Shown: one piece after another, positions 19,669 to 30,515 of the stretch | Layout of the letters: each line of letters begins with the position of its first letter | How positions within the stretch are numbered: the stretch's first letter is position 1 | Source: Halodesulfurarchaeum sp. | GTDB taxonomy: Archaea; Halobacteriota; Halobacteria; Halobacteriales; Halobacteriaceae | DNA length: 64,000 nt | Direction of reading: 5' to 3' | NCBI GenBank assembly: GCA_034520565.1 | Contig: JAXHNL010000002.1 | Coordinates: 1,440,001-1,504,000, forward strand | The notes under the pieces: generated by a model | Told to the model about the DNA's origin: nothing | Seen by the model: only the letters and a program-made list of their open reading frames with translations | The model's database searches: none | Made by a program: the position numbers and the translations under genes

Positions 19669-20640
19669 ATGCGCGACGGATTTCCGGACTACGTCGACGT
19701 CGATTACACAGCAGGCGACGGGGAAACCGCCGCGAGTTACCCCGATATCGAAGCAAAAATCGAGAAAGGAATCGAAGTCGTTCGCCAGGCACTCGAGGAG
19801 TACGAGAACCCCGCCGTCATGTGGACCGGCGGCAAGGACTCGACGCTGACGCTTTATCTGGTTCGGGAGGTGGCGACCGAATTGGGATACGAGATGCCTC
19901 CTGCGGTCTTCATCGACCATTACCAGCATTTCGACGAGTTGATGGATTTCGTCGAACACTGGGCCGAGGAGTGGGATCTTGATGTAATCTGGGCCCGAAA
20001 CGAGGATATCGGCGAAATCGTGGCCGAACGCGGTCTCGAGCCGGGTGACGACATCGAAATTTCGGAACTCTCCGAGCACAACCAGCACCACGTCAGGAAC
20101 ATTCTGGAGTACGAGGAGGAAACGTTTCCCTTCCTGCTGGACACGTACGTCGGTAACCACCTTCTGAAGACCGTTGCCCTGAACGATGCCCTCGAGGAGT
20201 ACGACATCGACGGTGTCATCTCCGGGGTCCGCTGGGACGAACAGGAAGCCCGCGCCGAGGAGACCTTCTTCAGCCCACGCCACGACCCGGACATATACCC
20301 GCCCCACGACCGCATCCAGCCGATTCTCCAGTTCGACGAAGGGGACGTCTGGGACGCCTTCTGGTACTTCGTCGTTCCGGAAACCGTCGCGGCATATCCC
20401 GAGGAGGGATACGTTCCACAGGCCTTCGACGACCTGCCCGAAGGCGTCGAACGCGACGACATTCCCGTCTCGCCGAAGTACTTCGAGGGGTTCCGGTCGC
20501 TTGGAAGCCAGATTAGCACGGAGAAATCCGATCAGGTGCCCGCGTGGTTGCAGGACCTCGAAGGGACGACCGAACGTGCAGGACGCGCCCAAGACAAAGA
20601 GGACCTGATGGAGCGGTTGCGGGACCTCGGCTACATGTAA
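19669..20640 (+). CDS. PAPS reductase/CysD family adenine-nucleotide alpha-hydrolase
   Basis: PP-loop WTGGKDS, SGVRWDE, FRSLG, C-terminal ERLRDLGYM; no cysteine. Confidence 0.85.
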   Translation: MRDGFPDYVDVDYTAGDGETAASYPDIEAKIEKGIEVVRQALEEYENPAVMWTGGKDSTLTLYLVREVATELGYEMPPAVFIDHYQHFDELMDFVEHWAEEWDLDVIWARNEDIGEIVAERGLEPGDDIEISELSEHNQHHVRNILEYEEETFPFLLDTYVGNHLLKTVALNDALEEYDIDGVISGVRWDEQEARAEETFFSPRHDPDIYPPHDRIQPILQFDEGDVWDAFWYFVVPETVAAYPEEGYVPQAFDDLPEGVERDDIPVSPKYFEGFRSLGSQISTEKSDQVPAWLQDLEGTTERAGRAQDKEDLMERLRDLGYM

Positions 20641-20683
20641 TATCGGCTTTTTGAACCGCTACGGCCGAATTAGAGCAAATCGC

Positions 20684-21503
20684 TCAGTTCCAGGGCGCAA
20701 AGCCCGGATCGACCTGTCGGTCGGTTCGCGAAATCCCGTCGATTTTCTCGATGTCTTCGGGATCGAGTTCGAGTTCGAGACTCGCCCAGTTGTCCGCGAT
20801 ATGGGCTCTGGACGTGGCTTTTGGAATCGCAGTGACGCCTTTTTCGGCCAGCCACGCGAGACTGATCTGTGCCTCGCTCACGTCGTGTTTCTCGGCGACG
20901 GCGGAGATTTCTGGAACGTCGAAAACCGCGCCTCGGGCGAGCGGCGAGTAGGCGACCAGTTCGGTTTCGGACTCGGCCATTGCCTCCCGGAGTTCCGCCT
21001 GAGGCAAAAGCGGGTGCATTTCGACCTGATTTGCGAAGGGGAATTCGCCGAGGACCTTCCGAACGGTCTCCAGATGGCGCGGTTCGAAGTTGCTCACGCC
21101 GATATGGTCGATCAGACCGTCCTCCCGAAGTTCTGCGAAGGCCGGTACGGTTGCCTCCGGTTCGTAGGCGTCTGCGGGCCAGTGAACGTACAGAAGGTCG
21201 ACGAAGTCCACACCGAGTTTTCCGAGACTCTCCCGGGTCGTTCGGTGAACTGCCTCGGGAGCGAGACTGTCGATCGCAGACTTTCGTCGCGAGAAATACC
21301 TCCTCGCGGTCGACGGCCGCGGCGGCGATGCCGCGCCCGACGGCTGCTTCGTTGCCGTACGCCTGTGCCGTATCGACGTGTCGATAGCCCATCTCCAGGG
21401 CTGTTTTGACGGCGTTCTTGCAGGCTGCTGGATCGGTGTTCTCCCAGGTACCAATACCCAATCGGGGAATGTCCGCTGCCGTTTTCGGGGCCGAGGTTGG
21501 CAT
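20684..21503 (-). CDS. Aldo/keto reductase (frameshift at ~21280)
   Basis: LGIGTW, GYRHVDTAQAYGNE, ATKV / DLLYVHWP, IGVSNF, NQVEMHP, AYSPLARG, IPKA. Confidence 0.9.
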
Positions 21504-21575
21504 ATTTCGGGCTACGGTTGGATGCCAAAAAACCGTTGGGTCAGTGATTCCGTCCCGGACGGCTGGGGTCGTGAT

Positions 21576-22945
21576 TCAGTACTTCGGCTCGGCGCCGGTG
21601 AGTTCGTAGACGCGGTCGTAAATCTCGTCACGACGCCGTTTGCCACTCCTCGAACCCGTCCGGGCTCGTTGGATAGTCCTCGTATACGTCTTTGAGGTCG
21701 AGGGCTTGCTGGTGGACTCGATAGAGGCCGAAAAGTGTGCTCCAGTGGCCGAACGTCCGACGAAGGGTGTCGAGTTTGAGGCCGAAAGACATCCCTGCGG
21801 CTCCCTTACCGAGCGCGTCGATAAGAGCCTGTCCGGGAAGGGCTGTCACGACCCCGGTCAATTCGTCGACTTCGTGAGTGCCCGCCCAGATATTGTAGAG
21901 ATCGATCGCGGCAAACCGCTTCCCGAAATCCGTCATGACCTTTCGATTGTACTCCCAGAGGGCTTCCTCGCTCACGTCACCGTTCTCGATACCTTCGATC
22001 GCCGCTTCTGCGGCCCAGTGTGCGGCTTTTGCGGCCCCCGGAATGCCACCTCCGGTCGCCGGGTTGACGTGGGCGGCAGCGTCTCCGACCGCGGCATAGC
22101 CCGGTGCGACGGCGGCAATCGTCAGGGCGTCGAGTCGGTAGCGCGGCCCCGAGTTTGTCGACGACTTCGGCGTTTTCGAACTCCTCGCGGGTGCGGACGT
22201 CCTCGTCGAGGTGATCGACCAGTTTCATCGGCGGCTTGTTCATCTGGAACCCGAGGCCGGCGTTTACCGTCGTTTCCGAGCGGGGGAAATACCAGAGGTA
22301 GCCGAGTTCGGCCGTCGGCATGAAGACGATCGAGTCGTCGTATTCGACCGGCTCCTCGACTTCGATGATCTCGCGGTAGGCCGAACAGTACTGCTTGTAG
22401 TGGACGTTCGTATCGAAGGTACTCCCGGAGAAATCCACCGCGTCCTGCAGGATGGACATCGCTCCGGCGGCGTCGATGGTGACGTCCGCTTTGAAGGTAT
22501 TGGTCTCGCCGTTTTTCGAACTCGTGACGCCGACGACCTGTCCGTCATCTTGCAACACGTCCTGGACGACGTGACCGTACCTGATGTCGACGCCGAGGCG
22601 GTCGGCTTCCTCGAGGAGGACCTCCCCGTAGCGTCTTCGGTCGACGACGGCTCCGGGTTCCTCGAACGGAATCTCGAGGATTTCGCCTGTCTGGGGGTTC
22701 TCGAAGCGGGCGTACTGGATGTTCTCGTTCGTGAAGGCTTCGTCTTTGAGGTACTCGCGATCGATGACGTCCGGAAACGTGGACTTGCCCTTGATCGCGT
22801 CGCCACAGGCGATGTGGCCCGCCTCGGATTCGGGTTTGCGCTCGAGGAGGACCACCTCGAGATCCGCGTCCGCAATCGTCGCGGCGGCGAAGGTTCCGGC
22901 GGTTCCTCCGCCGACGACGATCACGTCGTGGGACTCCGTGGGCAT
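21576..22945 (-). CDS. Geranylgeranyl reductase family FAD oxidoreductase (frameshifts at ~22130 and ~21640)
   Basis: VVGGGTAG, IACGDA, GYLWYFP; GDAAAHVNPATGGGI in a shifted frame; ends ELTGAEPKY*. Confidence 0.88.
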
Positions 22946-23042
22946 TTGTACGTCACTCTCAGTCGGCGGGTCCTAAAAAACTCGCGGGACGGGCCCGGAT
23001 CGCCCCTTTTCGGCCGGCGATTTTCGTCGCTTTTCCCGGAAC

Positions 23043-23615
23043 TCAATCCGAAACGTCGTACTTGTACGTCGCCGTCTCCGGATCGATGCCGAAGTCTTCG
23101 GGGCGCTCTTCCGGTTCGGCGTCCTCGTCTTCAGCGGTTCCGAAGCGATGTCTGAGCCGTCTGGGAACGTGAAAGTCCTCGATATCGACGACTGCGGGCA
23201 TCGCGTCGGGATGAGTCTCCCGAATCGCTTTGTGGCGGTTCTGTAGTGCCGGCGGAAGCGTTTCCGGATCGACCGGCTCGAAGCCGAACTGTTCGAGGTA
23301 CGACGGGGCCGGGGAGAGTGCATAGACCCATTCGAACCCCTCGTTACGGGCCGTTTCCAGCAGGCGCTCCAGGATGTGGGCGCCCGCGCCGTTCCCGCGA
23401 AAGTCCTCGAGAACGCCCAGGTTCGTTACTTCACAGACTTCACCGTCCTCGGTCCGGTGAACGCGAAGCCGCCCGAACCCCTTTTTTTCTCGGGGATGTT
23501 CGTCGATAGCGAGGACGTAGTCGCGGGACCGAAACGCGGCGTCCTCGAAGCCGAATTCCTCGAGGCGGTCGAGGAGCCAGACTTCCTCGCGATTTTTCGC
23601 GTCCCGAACGTACAT
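23043..23615 (-). CDS. GNAT family acetyltransferase
   Basis: GFGRLR, LGVLEDFRGNGAGAHIL, YLEQFGF. Confidence 0.88.
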   Translation of the reverse strand: MYVRDAKNREEVWLLDRLEEFGFEDAAFRSRDYVLAIDEHPREKKGFGRLRVHRTEDGEVCEVTNLGVLEDFRGNGAGAHILERLLETARNEGFEWVYALSPAPSYLEQFGFEPVDPETLPPALQNRHKAIRETHPDAMPAVVDIEDFHVPRRLRHRFGTAEDEDAEPEERPEDFGIDPETATYKYDVSD

Positions 23616-23663
23616 GCTATGAGACTGGGCGGCACGGGCAAAATGGTTTGTGGGCCGGTTGGA

Positions 23664-24824
23664 CTACAGTGACTGGCGGATCCGATCGAAAAAGCCCTCG
23701 CTCACGTCCACCGCTTCGCCGCCGGCCTCCGCGAACTCCTGGAGCGCTTCCCGTTGTTCCTGGGTCAGGTCTTCGGGTGTAACGACCTGGAGGTGGACGT
23801 ACAGATCCCCACGGCCACGCCCTCTGAGGTGTGGAATCCCCTCGTCTCGCAGGCGGAGCGTCTCGCCGCTCTGGGTCCCCTTGGGAACGTCGACCTCGAG
23901 GCTCCCCTCGATCGTTTCGACCGTAATGGTGTCGCCGAAGACCGCCTGGGGGAACGAGATGGGAACCTGTGTGTGCAGATCGTCGCCGTCCCGTTCGTAA
24001 TCCGGGTGGTCCTCGACCGTGACTTCGATGAGTAAATCGCCGTTCGGAGCACCCTGGTCCCCTGGCGCGCCTTCGCCGTCCATTCGGAGGGTCTGACCGT
24101 CCCGGATGCCCGCCGGAATGTCTACGGAGAGGGTCGCCCGCTGTCGTGCGGTCCCGTCGCCACCGCAGTTCGAACATTCCTCTTCGTAGATCTCGCCCCT
24201 GCCCTCACAGCGTGGACAGGTCCGTGTCTGTTGGACCCGTCCCAGCGCAGTCCGCCGTACTTCTCGGACCTGTCCGTGCCCACTGCATTCGGGGCAGGTG
24301 CGGGCGTCGGCGTCTTCCGGATGGCCGCTCCCACCACAGACCGAACAGGTCTCCGGACGGGTGACCGTGACTTGCTTTTTGGCGCCTTTTGCGGCCGCTT
24401 CGAGGTCGATTCGAAGCGACGTCCGCAAGTCGCGGCCGCTCGAGGGACGCTGACGTGACCGGGTTTGCCCGCGGCCGCCACCGAAAAACTGGTCGAATAT
24501 ATCGCCGATGTCTCCCATGCCGCCGAACGGGTCGCCGCCGGGTCGACGTCCGCCCCGGGCGCCACCGCGACGGCCGGTGTCGGTGGCTCCCTGCTTGTCG
24601 GCCTGCATGAACTGATCGTGGCCGAGCTGATCGTACATCCGCCGTTTCTCCTCGTCCGTGAGGACTTCCTTGGCCTTTTGCAGCTTTTTGAAGTGTTCCT
24701 CGGCGTTTTCGTCGTCGCTGACGTCGGGGTGATTCTTGGCGGCCTGCTGTCGGTAGGCGCGCTTGATCTCCTCCTCGCTCGCGTCGCGAGACACCCCGAG
24801 CAACGAATAGAAATCCTCACTCAT
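23664..24824 (-). CDS. dnaJ: Chaperone DnaJ
   Basis: J-domain HPD, G/F-rich region, four CxxCxGxG repeats. Confidence 0.97.
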   Translation of the reverse strand: MSEDFYSLLGVSRDASEEEIKRAYRQQAAKNHPDVSDDENAEEHFKKLQKAKEVLTDEEKRRMYDQLGHDQFMQADKQGATDTGRRGGARGGRRPGGDPFGGMGDIGDIFDQFFGGGRGQTRSRQRPSSGRDLRTSLRIDLEAAAKGAKKQVTVTRPETCSVCGGSGHPEDADARTCPECSGHGQVREVRRTALGRVQQTRTCPRCEGRGEIYEEECSNCGGDGTARQRATLSVDIPAGIRDGQTLRMDGEGAPGDQGAPNGDLLIEVTVEDHPDYERDGDDLHTQVPISFPQAVFGDTITVETIEGSLEVDVPKGTQSGETLRLRDEGIPHLRGRGRGDLYVHLQVVTPEDLTQEQREALQEFAEAGGEAVDVSEGFFDRIRQSL

Positions 24825-24911
24825 CTGCTCGAATCCGGGTAGCGGAGACACGTACTTGATCTTGTTGCATCAGTGCACGACCGAAAACTGGCGTGACTCG
24901 CAGGTTCGCCG

Positions 24912-26810
24912 TTATTCCTCGTCTTCGTCGTCGACGTCCTCGAAGTTGGCGTCGACGTACTCCTCGCCGGCCTCCGCCCCGGCCGCGCCGCCAGGTCCGG
25001 CCGCTCCGGCAGCTCCTGGTCCAGCGCCGGGTCCGGCACCGGCGGCCCCTGCGGCGCCAGCCGCCCCCTCAGCCTGCTGGTAGGCCTGCTTGCCGATCTC
25101 CTGGAGGGTCTCGGTGAGTCCCTCGGTCGCCTCCGTGAGTTCTTCGGCGGTCGCGTCCTCGTCCTCGAGTACCTCCTCGACGGTCTCGATCTCGACTTGA
25201 ATCTCGGACTCGAGTTCCTCGTCGACCATCTCCTCGTTCTCCTCGAGCAGGGTCTCGGCCCGCTGCACGGCGCTTTCGGCCTCGTTTCGGGCCTCGATGC
25301 GCTCGCGGCGCTTGCGGTCCTCTTCGGCGTGGGCCTCGGCTTCCTCCTTCATCTCCTCTATCTCCTCGTCGGAGAGACCGACGCCGCCCTCGATGGTGAT
25401 TTCTTCCTTCTCGCCGGAGCCCTGGTCCTCGGCGGACACGTTGACGATCCCGTTCGAGTCGATCGAGAAGGTGACCTCGATCTGTGGCGTTCCGGCCGGG
25501 GCCGGCGGGATGCCAGTCAGCATGAATTCACCGAGCAACTCGTTTTCCTCGGCGATCTCGCGCTCGCCCTGGAAGACCCGGATCTGGACGGAGGTCTGAT
25601 TAGGCGCGGCCGTCGTGAAGATCTTTGACTCCTCTGTGGGAATGGTCGTGTTCTTCTCGATCAGGCGCTCGAACAGTCCGCCCTTGACTTCCACGCCCAG
25701 TGAGAGCGGCGTGACGTCGAGGAGGACGATGTCCTCGACCTCACCCGCGAGCACGCCACCCTGGATCGCCGCGCCGAGGGCGACGGCCTCGTCTGGATTG
25801 ACGTTCTTCTTCGGTGCCTGGCCGGTGAGCTCCTCGACTTTTTCCTGAACCTGTGGCATTCGGGTCGACCCGCCGACGAGAATGACCTCGTCGATGTCGC
25901 TTTTCGACAGGTCTGCGTCTTCGAGTGCCTGCTCGGTCGGATCGACGGTCCGTTCGAGGAGATCCTGCGTGAGCGATTCGAACTTCGCCCGAGTGAGATC
26001 CCGTTCGAGGTGGACGGGACCGTCGTCGGTCGCCGTGATGAACGGGAGGTTGATCGTCGTCTCCTTCCGGGAGGTGAGTTCGATCTTCGCCTCCTCGGCG
26101 GCGTCTTTCAGCCGCTGGAGGGCCTGCCGATCCTCGCGGAGGTCGATTCCGTGCTCGTTCTCGAAGTTGTTGGCGAGCCAGTCGATGATGGCTTCGTCCC
26201 AGTCGTCCCCGCCGAGGGTGTTGTCACCGTTCGTGGCGACCACTTCGTAGATACCGCCACCGAGTTCGAGAATGGAGACGTCGAAGGTGCCACCGCCGAG
26301 GTCGAAGACGAGCACCGTCTGCTCGGATTCGTCGTCGAGGCCGTAGGCCATGCTGGCGGCCGTGGGCTCGTTGACGATCCGCTCGACGTCGAGGCCGGCG
26401 ATCTCGCCGGCGTCCTTGGTCGCCTGGCGCTGTTTGTCGTTGAAGTACGCGGGGACGGTAATGACCGCCTTTTCGACGTCCTGATCGAGGTACTCCTCGG
26501 CGTCCCGCTTGATCTTCTGCAGGATCATCGCGGAGACCTGCTCCGGGCTGTATTCCTCGCCGTCGAGTTCCACGGTGTAGTCCTCGCCCATGTGGCGCTT
26601 GATGGACTGCACCGTGTTCTCCGGGTTCTGCACGGCCTGGTTCTTGGCTGCCTTGCCGACGATCTTCTCGCCGTCGTCGAACGCGACGACCGATGGAGTC
26701 GTCCGGTCTCCTTCGCCGTTGACGATGATTTCCGGGTCACCGCCTTCCATGATTGCAAAGGCGCTGTTCGTGGTCCCGAGGTCGATTCCGAGAATTTTCT
26801 CAGTGGCCAT
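24912..26810 (-). CDS. dnaK: Chaperone DnaK (Hsp70)
   Basis: [33 protein letters not shown]. Confidence 0.99.
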   Translation of the reverse strand: MATEKILGIDLGTTNSAFAIMEGGDPEIIVNGEGDRTTPSVVAFDDGEKIVGKAAKNQAVQNPENTVQSIKRHMGEDYTVELDGEEYSPEQVSAMILQKIKRDAEEYLDQDVEKAVITVPAYFNDKQRQATKDAGEIAGLDVERIVNEPTAASMAYGLDDESEQTVLVFDLGGGTFDVSILELGGGIYEVVATNGDNTLGGDDWDEAIIDWLANNFENEHGIDLREDRQALQRLKDAAEEAKIELTSRKETTINLPFITATDDGPVHLERDLTRAKFESLTQDLLERTVDPTEQALEDADLSKSDIDEVILVGGSTRMPQVQEKVEELTGQAPKKNVNPDEAVALGAAIQGGVLAGEVEDIVLLDVTPLSLGVEVKGGLFERLIEKNTTIPTEESKIFTTAAPNQTSVQIRVFQGEREIAEENELLGEFMLTGIPPAPAGTPQIEVTFSIDSNGIVNVSAEDQGSGEKEEITIEGGVGLSDEEIEEMKEEAEAHAEEDRKRRERIEARNEAESAVQRAETLLEENEEMVDEELESEIQVEIETVEEVLEDEDATAEELTEATEGLTETLQEIGKQAYQQAEGAAGAAGAAGAGPGAGPGAAGAAGPGGAAGAEAGEEYVDANFEDVDDEDEE

Positions 26811-26987
26811 CTTGGGTGGTTGTATACCTTCTTTGCCCTTTAAGCCTTGCTAGTGCGACGTGTGAGCGAAACTCACTCCCTCGCCGCAGTCATGTGGTTT
26901 TAAAAATCGGGAACCACCCTGGCCACAGGATATAAGCGGACCGCAATGTCACCAGCCATCTCCCCGGTCTGGGGTACTGACGGTGAG

Positions 26988-27698
26988 TTACGCGCCTGAC
27001 GCCGAACCCGACTTCGGTCCCTGTGAATCGCCGTCAGTCTCGGCTTCGTCCTCTGCCGGTTCCCCGGCGGCCGCGGATTCGGTATTCGTCTCAGAATCGG
27101 ATTCCTCCTCTGTTCCCTCGGCGACCGTGACCTGGGCCGGTCGGAGGATTTTGCCGGCCATTTCGTAGCCCGGGCGGTATACAGAGTCGATCGTGTCCGC
27201 CGGCTTTTCGCTCTCGACTCGCATCATCACTTCGTGGCGGTTCGCGTCGACCTCGGTTCCCGGGTCGGGGTCGAGACGCTCGACGTTCTCCTCGTCGAAG
27301 ACCCGATCGAACTGCTTTCTGGTGAGTTCGACGCCCTCCCGCAGCGAATCGACGTCCCCGGATTCGTCCTCGAGGGCACGGCCGAGATTGTCCCGAACCT
27401 CGAGCAGTCGCTCGATCAAGTCCTCGGTCGCCCGCTCGCGGATCTCATCCTGTCGGCGCTTGGCCCGCTCCTTGTAGTTCCTGAAATCCGCGCGGGTGTG
27501 TTCGAGCCGCTCTTCGACGGTCTCCAGTTCGTTCTCGAGGGATTCGACCTCGGCCTCCAGTTGGTCGAACTCGTCGAGTCGGTCCCCGACCGTCGTTGCA
27601 AGCTCCTCGTCGAGGGACGCGATTTCGGCGAGCAGCTGTGTGTCCCCCGTGGTCGCTTCCTCCGGTGGCTCCTCGGGGGACTCCTCGGTATCGCTCAT
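26988..27698 (-). CDS. grpE: Nucleotide exchange factor GrpE
   Basis: ADFRNYKER, LLEVRDNL, HEVM, PGYEMAGKILRPAQVTV. Confidence 0.95.
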   Translation of the reverse strand: MSDTEESPEEPPEEATTGDTQLLAEIASLDEELATTVGDRLDEFDQLEAEVESLENELETVEERLEHTRADFRNYKERAKRRQDEIRERATEDLIERLLEVRDNLGRALEDESGDVDSLREGVELTRKQFDRVFDEENVERLDPDPGTEVDANRHEVMMRVESEKPADTIDSVYRPGYEMAGKILRPAQVTVAEGTEEESDSETNTESAAAGEPAEDEAETDGDSQGPKSGSASGA

Positions 27699-27776
27699 GG
27701 AGGGGAGAAACCGCTGGCGCCGTTTAAGCGTATAGAATTGGCGATGCACCTGGGCATCAATCCCTGTCCTGACCGG

Positions 27777-28124
27777 TCACTCCCTCGGCTCGACACTCGT
27801 CTTCATGCTGAACGTGCTGACGTTCTCGTAGGCGACGTCGTATCCGATCTCGATCTCGCTCGTCTCGTGTGGTTCGAGTGTCACTTCCCTGACCCTGACG
27901 AGTGAGTCGTCGTTGACCTCGGTCCGCACGTAGACCGTTCCCGTCTGGCGCTCGTTGCCAGGATTCGAAATCGTGACCCACACCGTTAGGTTCCCGTTCG
28001 GCCCGGGGCCGAAGTCCCGATGGACATCGCGGAGCTGGAATTCGGGCTCCGGGTCCGAGAGACAGCCGGCTGTCAGGCCGAGAGCGAGGGCCCCGGCAGC
28101 GCGTAGCACGCATCGACGCTCCAT
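27777..28124 (-). CDS. Tat lipoprotein with Ig-like domain
   Basis: MERR..LRAAG twin-arginine signal, lipobox TAGC. Confidence 0.7.
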   Translation of the reverse strand: MERRCVLRAAGALALGLTAGCLSDPEPEFQLRDVHRDFGPGPNGNLTVWVTISNPGNERQTGTVYVRTEVNDDSLVRVREVTLEPHETSEIEIGYDVAYENVSTFSMKTSVEPRE

Positions 28125-28162
28125 CGTCGGATCGTTCGGGCAGGGTGCCGAAATACGTTTCC

Positions 28163-28684
28163 TCATCGAAATACACGGCGGCGTCCCTTCGGTATCATCG
28201 ATTGCAGCGTCCCGTAGGTATACAGGCCCACTCCGATCGGTTCCGGGTCTCCCGCGAGGTCGTGGCTGACGATCAGGTACCCCCAGTCGCCGTGCCAGTC
28301 GAGGTCCTGATCCTCGCCGGCGATGAATCGGTTCGCCGCATCGGGTTCGAGGTGAATGACGTTTTTCGATGCCGTCGAGCCGAACCGTCTGGCCGCATCG
28401 GTGGTCGGTTTCCAGAACTCCTGGCGGGTCCTGAGGATGGGGAGTCCGAGGGCTTCGATCTGCACCGGGCCCGACAGCTCGTGACTCAACGCCCAGATAC
28501 GTCCCGCACCTTTCTCCCAGAAACTGACGCCCTCGAATGAATCCGCTGGAACCTCGAACCGGTCGATCCAGTAGCCGACGACCGCCGTCCGAGTTGGTCG
28601 GTTTGCCACCTCGCGGGCCGAGTCCGTCGCCGGCAGGCGCTCGAACGTGTCGCTCCTGTTATCGACCGTGGACTTTTCGGTCAT
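28163..28684 (-). CDS. NIP7/PUA-like partner of the RsmB/NOP methyltransferase
   Basis: FWEKGAGRIWA, WKPTTDA, GWGYLIV-like stretch, IGVGLY, SMIPKGRR; overlaps the methyltransferase stop. Confidence 0.75.
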   Translation of the reverse strand: MTEKSTVDNRSDTFERLPATDSAREVANRPTRTAVVGYWIDRFEVPADSFEGVSFWEKGAGRIWALSHELSGPVQIEALGLPILRTRQEFWKPTTDAARRFGSTASKNVIHLEPDAANRFIAGEDQDLDWHGDWGYLIVSHDLAGDPEPIGVGLYTYGTLQSMIPKGRRRVFR

Positions 28685-29589
28685 CTTTCCACCGCCAGTT
28701 TGGCGACGTAAAACCCGCCACCGTCGGTCTGGTGTGGATAGTACCGCTTCGTCTTCTGCGTCGCCGATTCGAAGACAACACCCTCCCAGGATTCGAGCCC
28801 CGGTTCCGAGGGAAGCGGGCTCTCGAAGTCGACGAGAGTCGCGTCTGTATCGGCCACAGCCGCGTCGACGACGCCTTCGTTTTCCTCGGGGGCAAAGGTG
28901 CACGTCGAGTAGACCACGGTGCCGCCGGGTCGAGTTGCTTTGATCGCGCGCACGAGGATGTCCTTCTGGACCGTCGAAAGCCCGCGACTCGCATCGGGGC
29001 CGGCGTCGTCGAGGGCGTCCGGGTTCTTTCGAAGCGTTCCCTCACAGGTGCAGGGGGCGTCGACGAGGGCACGATCCACTTCCTCGATTCCGAGCGGCCC
29101 GAAGGAGTAGTTGCGGGCATCCTGGTTGGTGACCGCCATCGCGGTGACCCCGAGTCGATCGGCGTTCGACCGCATCGCGGAGAGCCGGCCGAGGTTGTCG
29201 TCGTTCGCGATGACAAGCCCTCGGTCGTCCATCTGAGCAGCGAGCTGGGTGGCTTTGCCACCAGGAGCGGCAGCAGCAGCCCAAACGGTTTCCTCGGGAT
29301 CGGGGTCGAGGACGAGCGGAGGGATCGCCGAGACCGCCTCTTGACCGTGGATCCAACCGTGAACGTGTGGCCACGTGTTCCCCGGCTTCTCCGTGCCGAG
29401 TTCGAGAACCGTCTCGTGGACTGGCCGCCGCTCGACGCGGACGCCGGCCTCGTCGAACGCGTCGACGACCCGGTCGGGAGTGGCCCGGATCGTATTCACC
29501 CGCACCGTCGTCGGAAGTGGCCGTCCGAGAGCAGCGAGGAACGCGTCGAACTCGGGGATCATCGACTCGTACCGCCGCAGGGTTTCCAT
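28681..29589 (-). CDS. RsmB/NOP2/NSUN RNA cytosine-C5 methyltransferase
   Basis: VRVNT, AAPGGKA, LVDAPCT, VYSTCT..PEENE, GFYVAKL. Confidence 0.93.
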   Translation of the reverse strand: METLRRYESMIPEFDAFLAALGRPLPTTVRVNTIRATPDRVVDAFDEAGVRVERRPVHETVLELGTEKPGNTWPHVHGWIHGQEAVSAIPPLVLDPDPEETVWAAAAAPGGKATQLAAQMDDRGLVIANDDNLGRLSAMRSNADRLGVTAMAVTNQDARNYSFGPLGIEEVDRALVDAPCTCEGTLRKNPDALDDAGPDASRGLSTVQKDILVRAIKATRPGGTVVYSTCTFAPEENEGVVDAAVADTDATLVDFESPLPSEPGLESWEGVVFESATQKTKRYYPHQTDGGGFYVAKLAVER

Positions 29590-29607
29590 TCGACCCGGTT
29601 TTGGTGG

Positions 29608-29667
29608 GTGCGGGCTAAGATGTTTCGGACGGGCCAAGTGCGGGCTACGATGGTTCGGACGGGCCAA
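29608..29667. repeat. 30-bp tandem repeat, 2 copies (28/30 identical)
   Basis: gtgcgggctaagatgtttcggacgggccaa / gtgcgggctacgatggttcggacgggccaa. Confidence 0.9.
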
Positions 29668-29698
29668 CGTTGAACAGTGTCGCTCTCCAAGCGCTTGT

Positions 29699-30450
29699 AT
29701 GGGATCAGTTGTCACGACCAGTGACGTGAATCTGGACCGACCCGTCATGATCGAGGGGCTTCCGGGTGTCGGACTCGTCGGAAAGATCGCGACGGACCAC
29801 GTGATCGACGAGCTCGACATGTCGGCCATCGGCTACGTCGACTGCGACGGGCTGCCGAAAATCGCCGTCTACGGGGACAACGGCCACAAGGTCGAAACAC
29901 CGGTCAGGATCTACGCCGACCCGGAGCGGGATCTGCTGGCGTTACAGAGTGACGTTCCGGTATCGAGGCAGGCAGCCCCCGGCTTTGCCGAAATTCTCGT
30001 CGATTGGCTCGATTCGGTGGATGCACTCCCGCTCTTCTTGAGCGGACTCGCACTCGAAGAGCCCAAACCTGACGTGTCACCGACGGTGTACGGTGTCGCC
30101 ACGGGGGAGAGTGCGCCAAAACTCGAGGAAAACGACATCGAGCCACCGGGCGAACGGGGCGTCATAGGCGGACCGACCGGGGCCCTGGGTCAACCGGGCA
30201 AGTCACCGACCTGCATGGAACCTGGTGTGGCCTCATCGTCGAGAGCGATCCGCAGTTCCCGGATCCCGCGGCCGCCCGACAGCTCATCACACACGCGATC
30301 GAACCGATCGCGGACATCTCCGTGTCGACTGACGACCTCGTCGAACGCGCGGAGGAGATCCGGTCTCAGAAGGAGGCCCTCGCCAGGCGGATGCAACAGG
30401 CCGGCGAGGAGGAGAGCTCGCAGGCCCAGCCGCTGCGTATGTACCAGTAA
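29699..30450 (+). CDS. PAC2-family proteasome assembly chaperone (frameshift at ~30190-30225)
   Basis: IEGLPGVGLVGKIA, GGPTGAL, shifted VESDPQFPDPAAA, C-terminal LRMYQ (HbYX-like). Confidence 0.88.
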
Positions 30451-30515
30451 TCCCTCGGTCCGGGTGACGGTGGGTTTTCCGTAGATTTAACAGGCAACTC
30501 GTCGCCATTTGAGAC

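Noticed and set aside
24960-25075. GC-rich repeats at the 3' end of dnaK
   Set aside because: They encode the ordinary Gly/Ala/Pro low-complexity DnaK tail.
26862-26876. GTGAG-CGAAA-CTCAC hairpin between grpE and dnaK
   Set aside because: A 5-bp stem is too short to distinguish from chance without conservation data.
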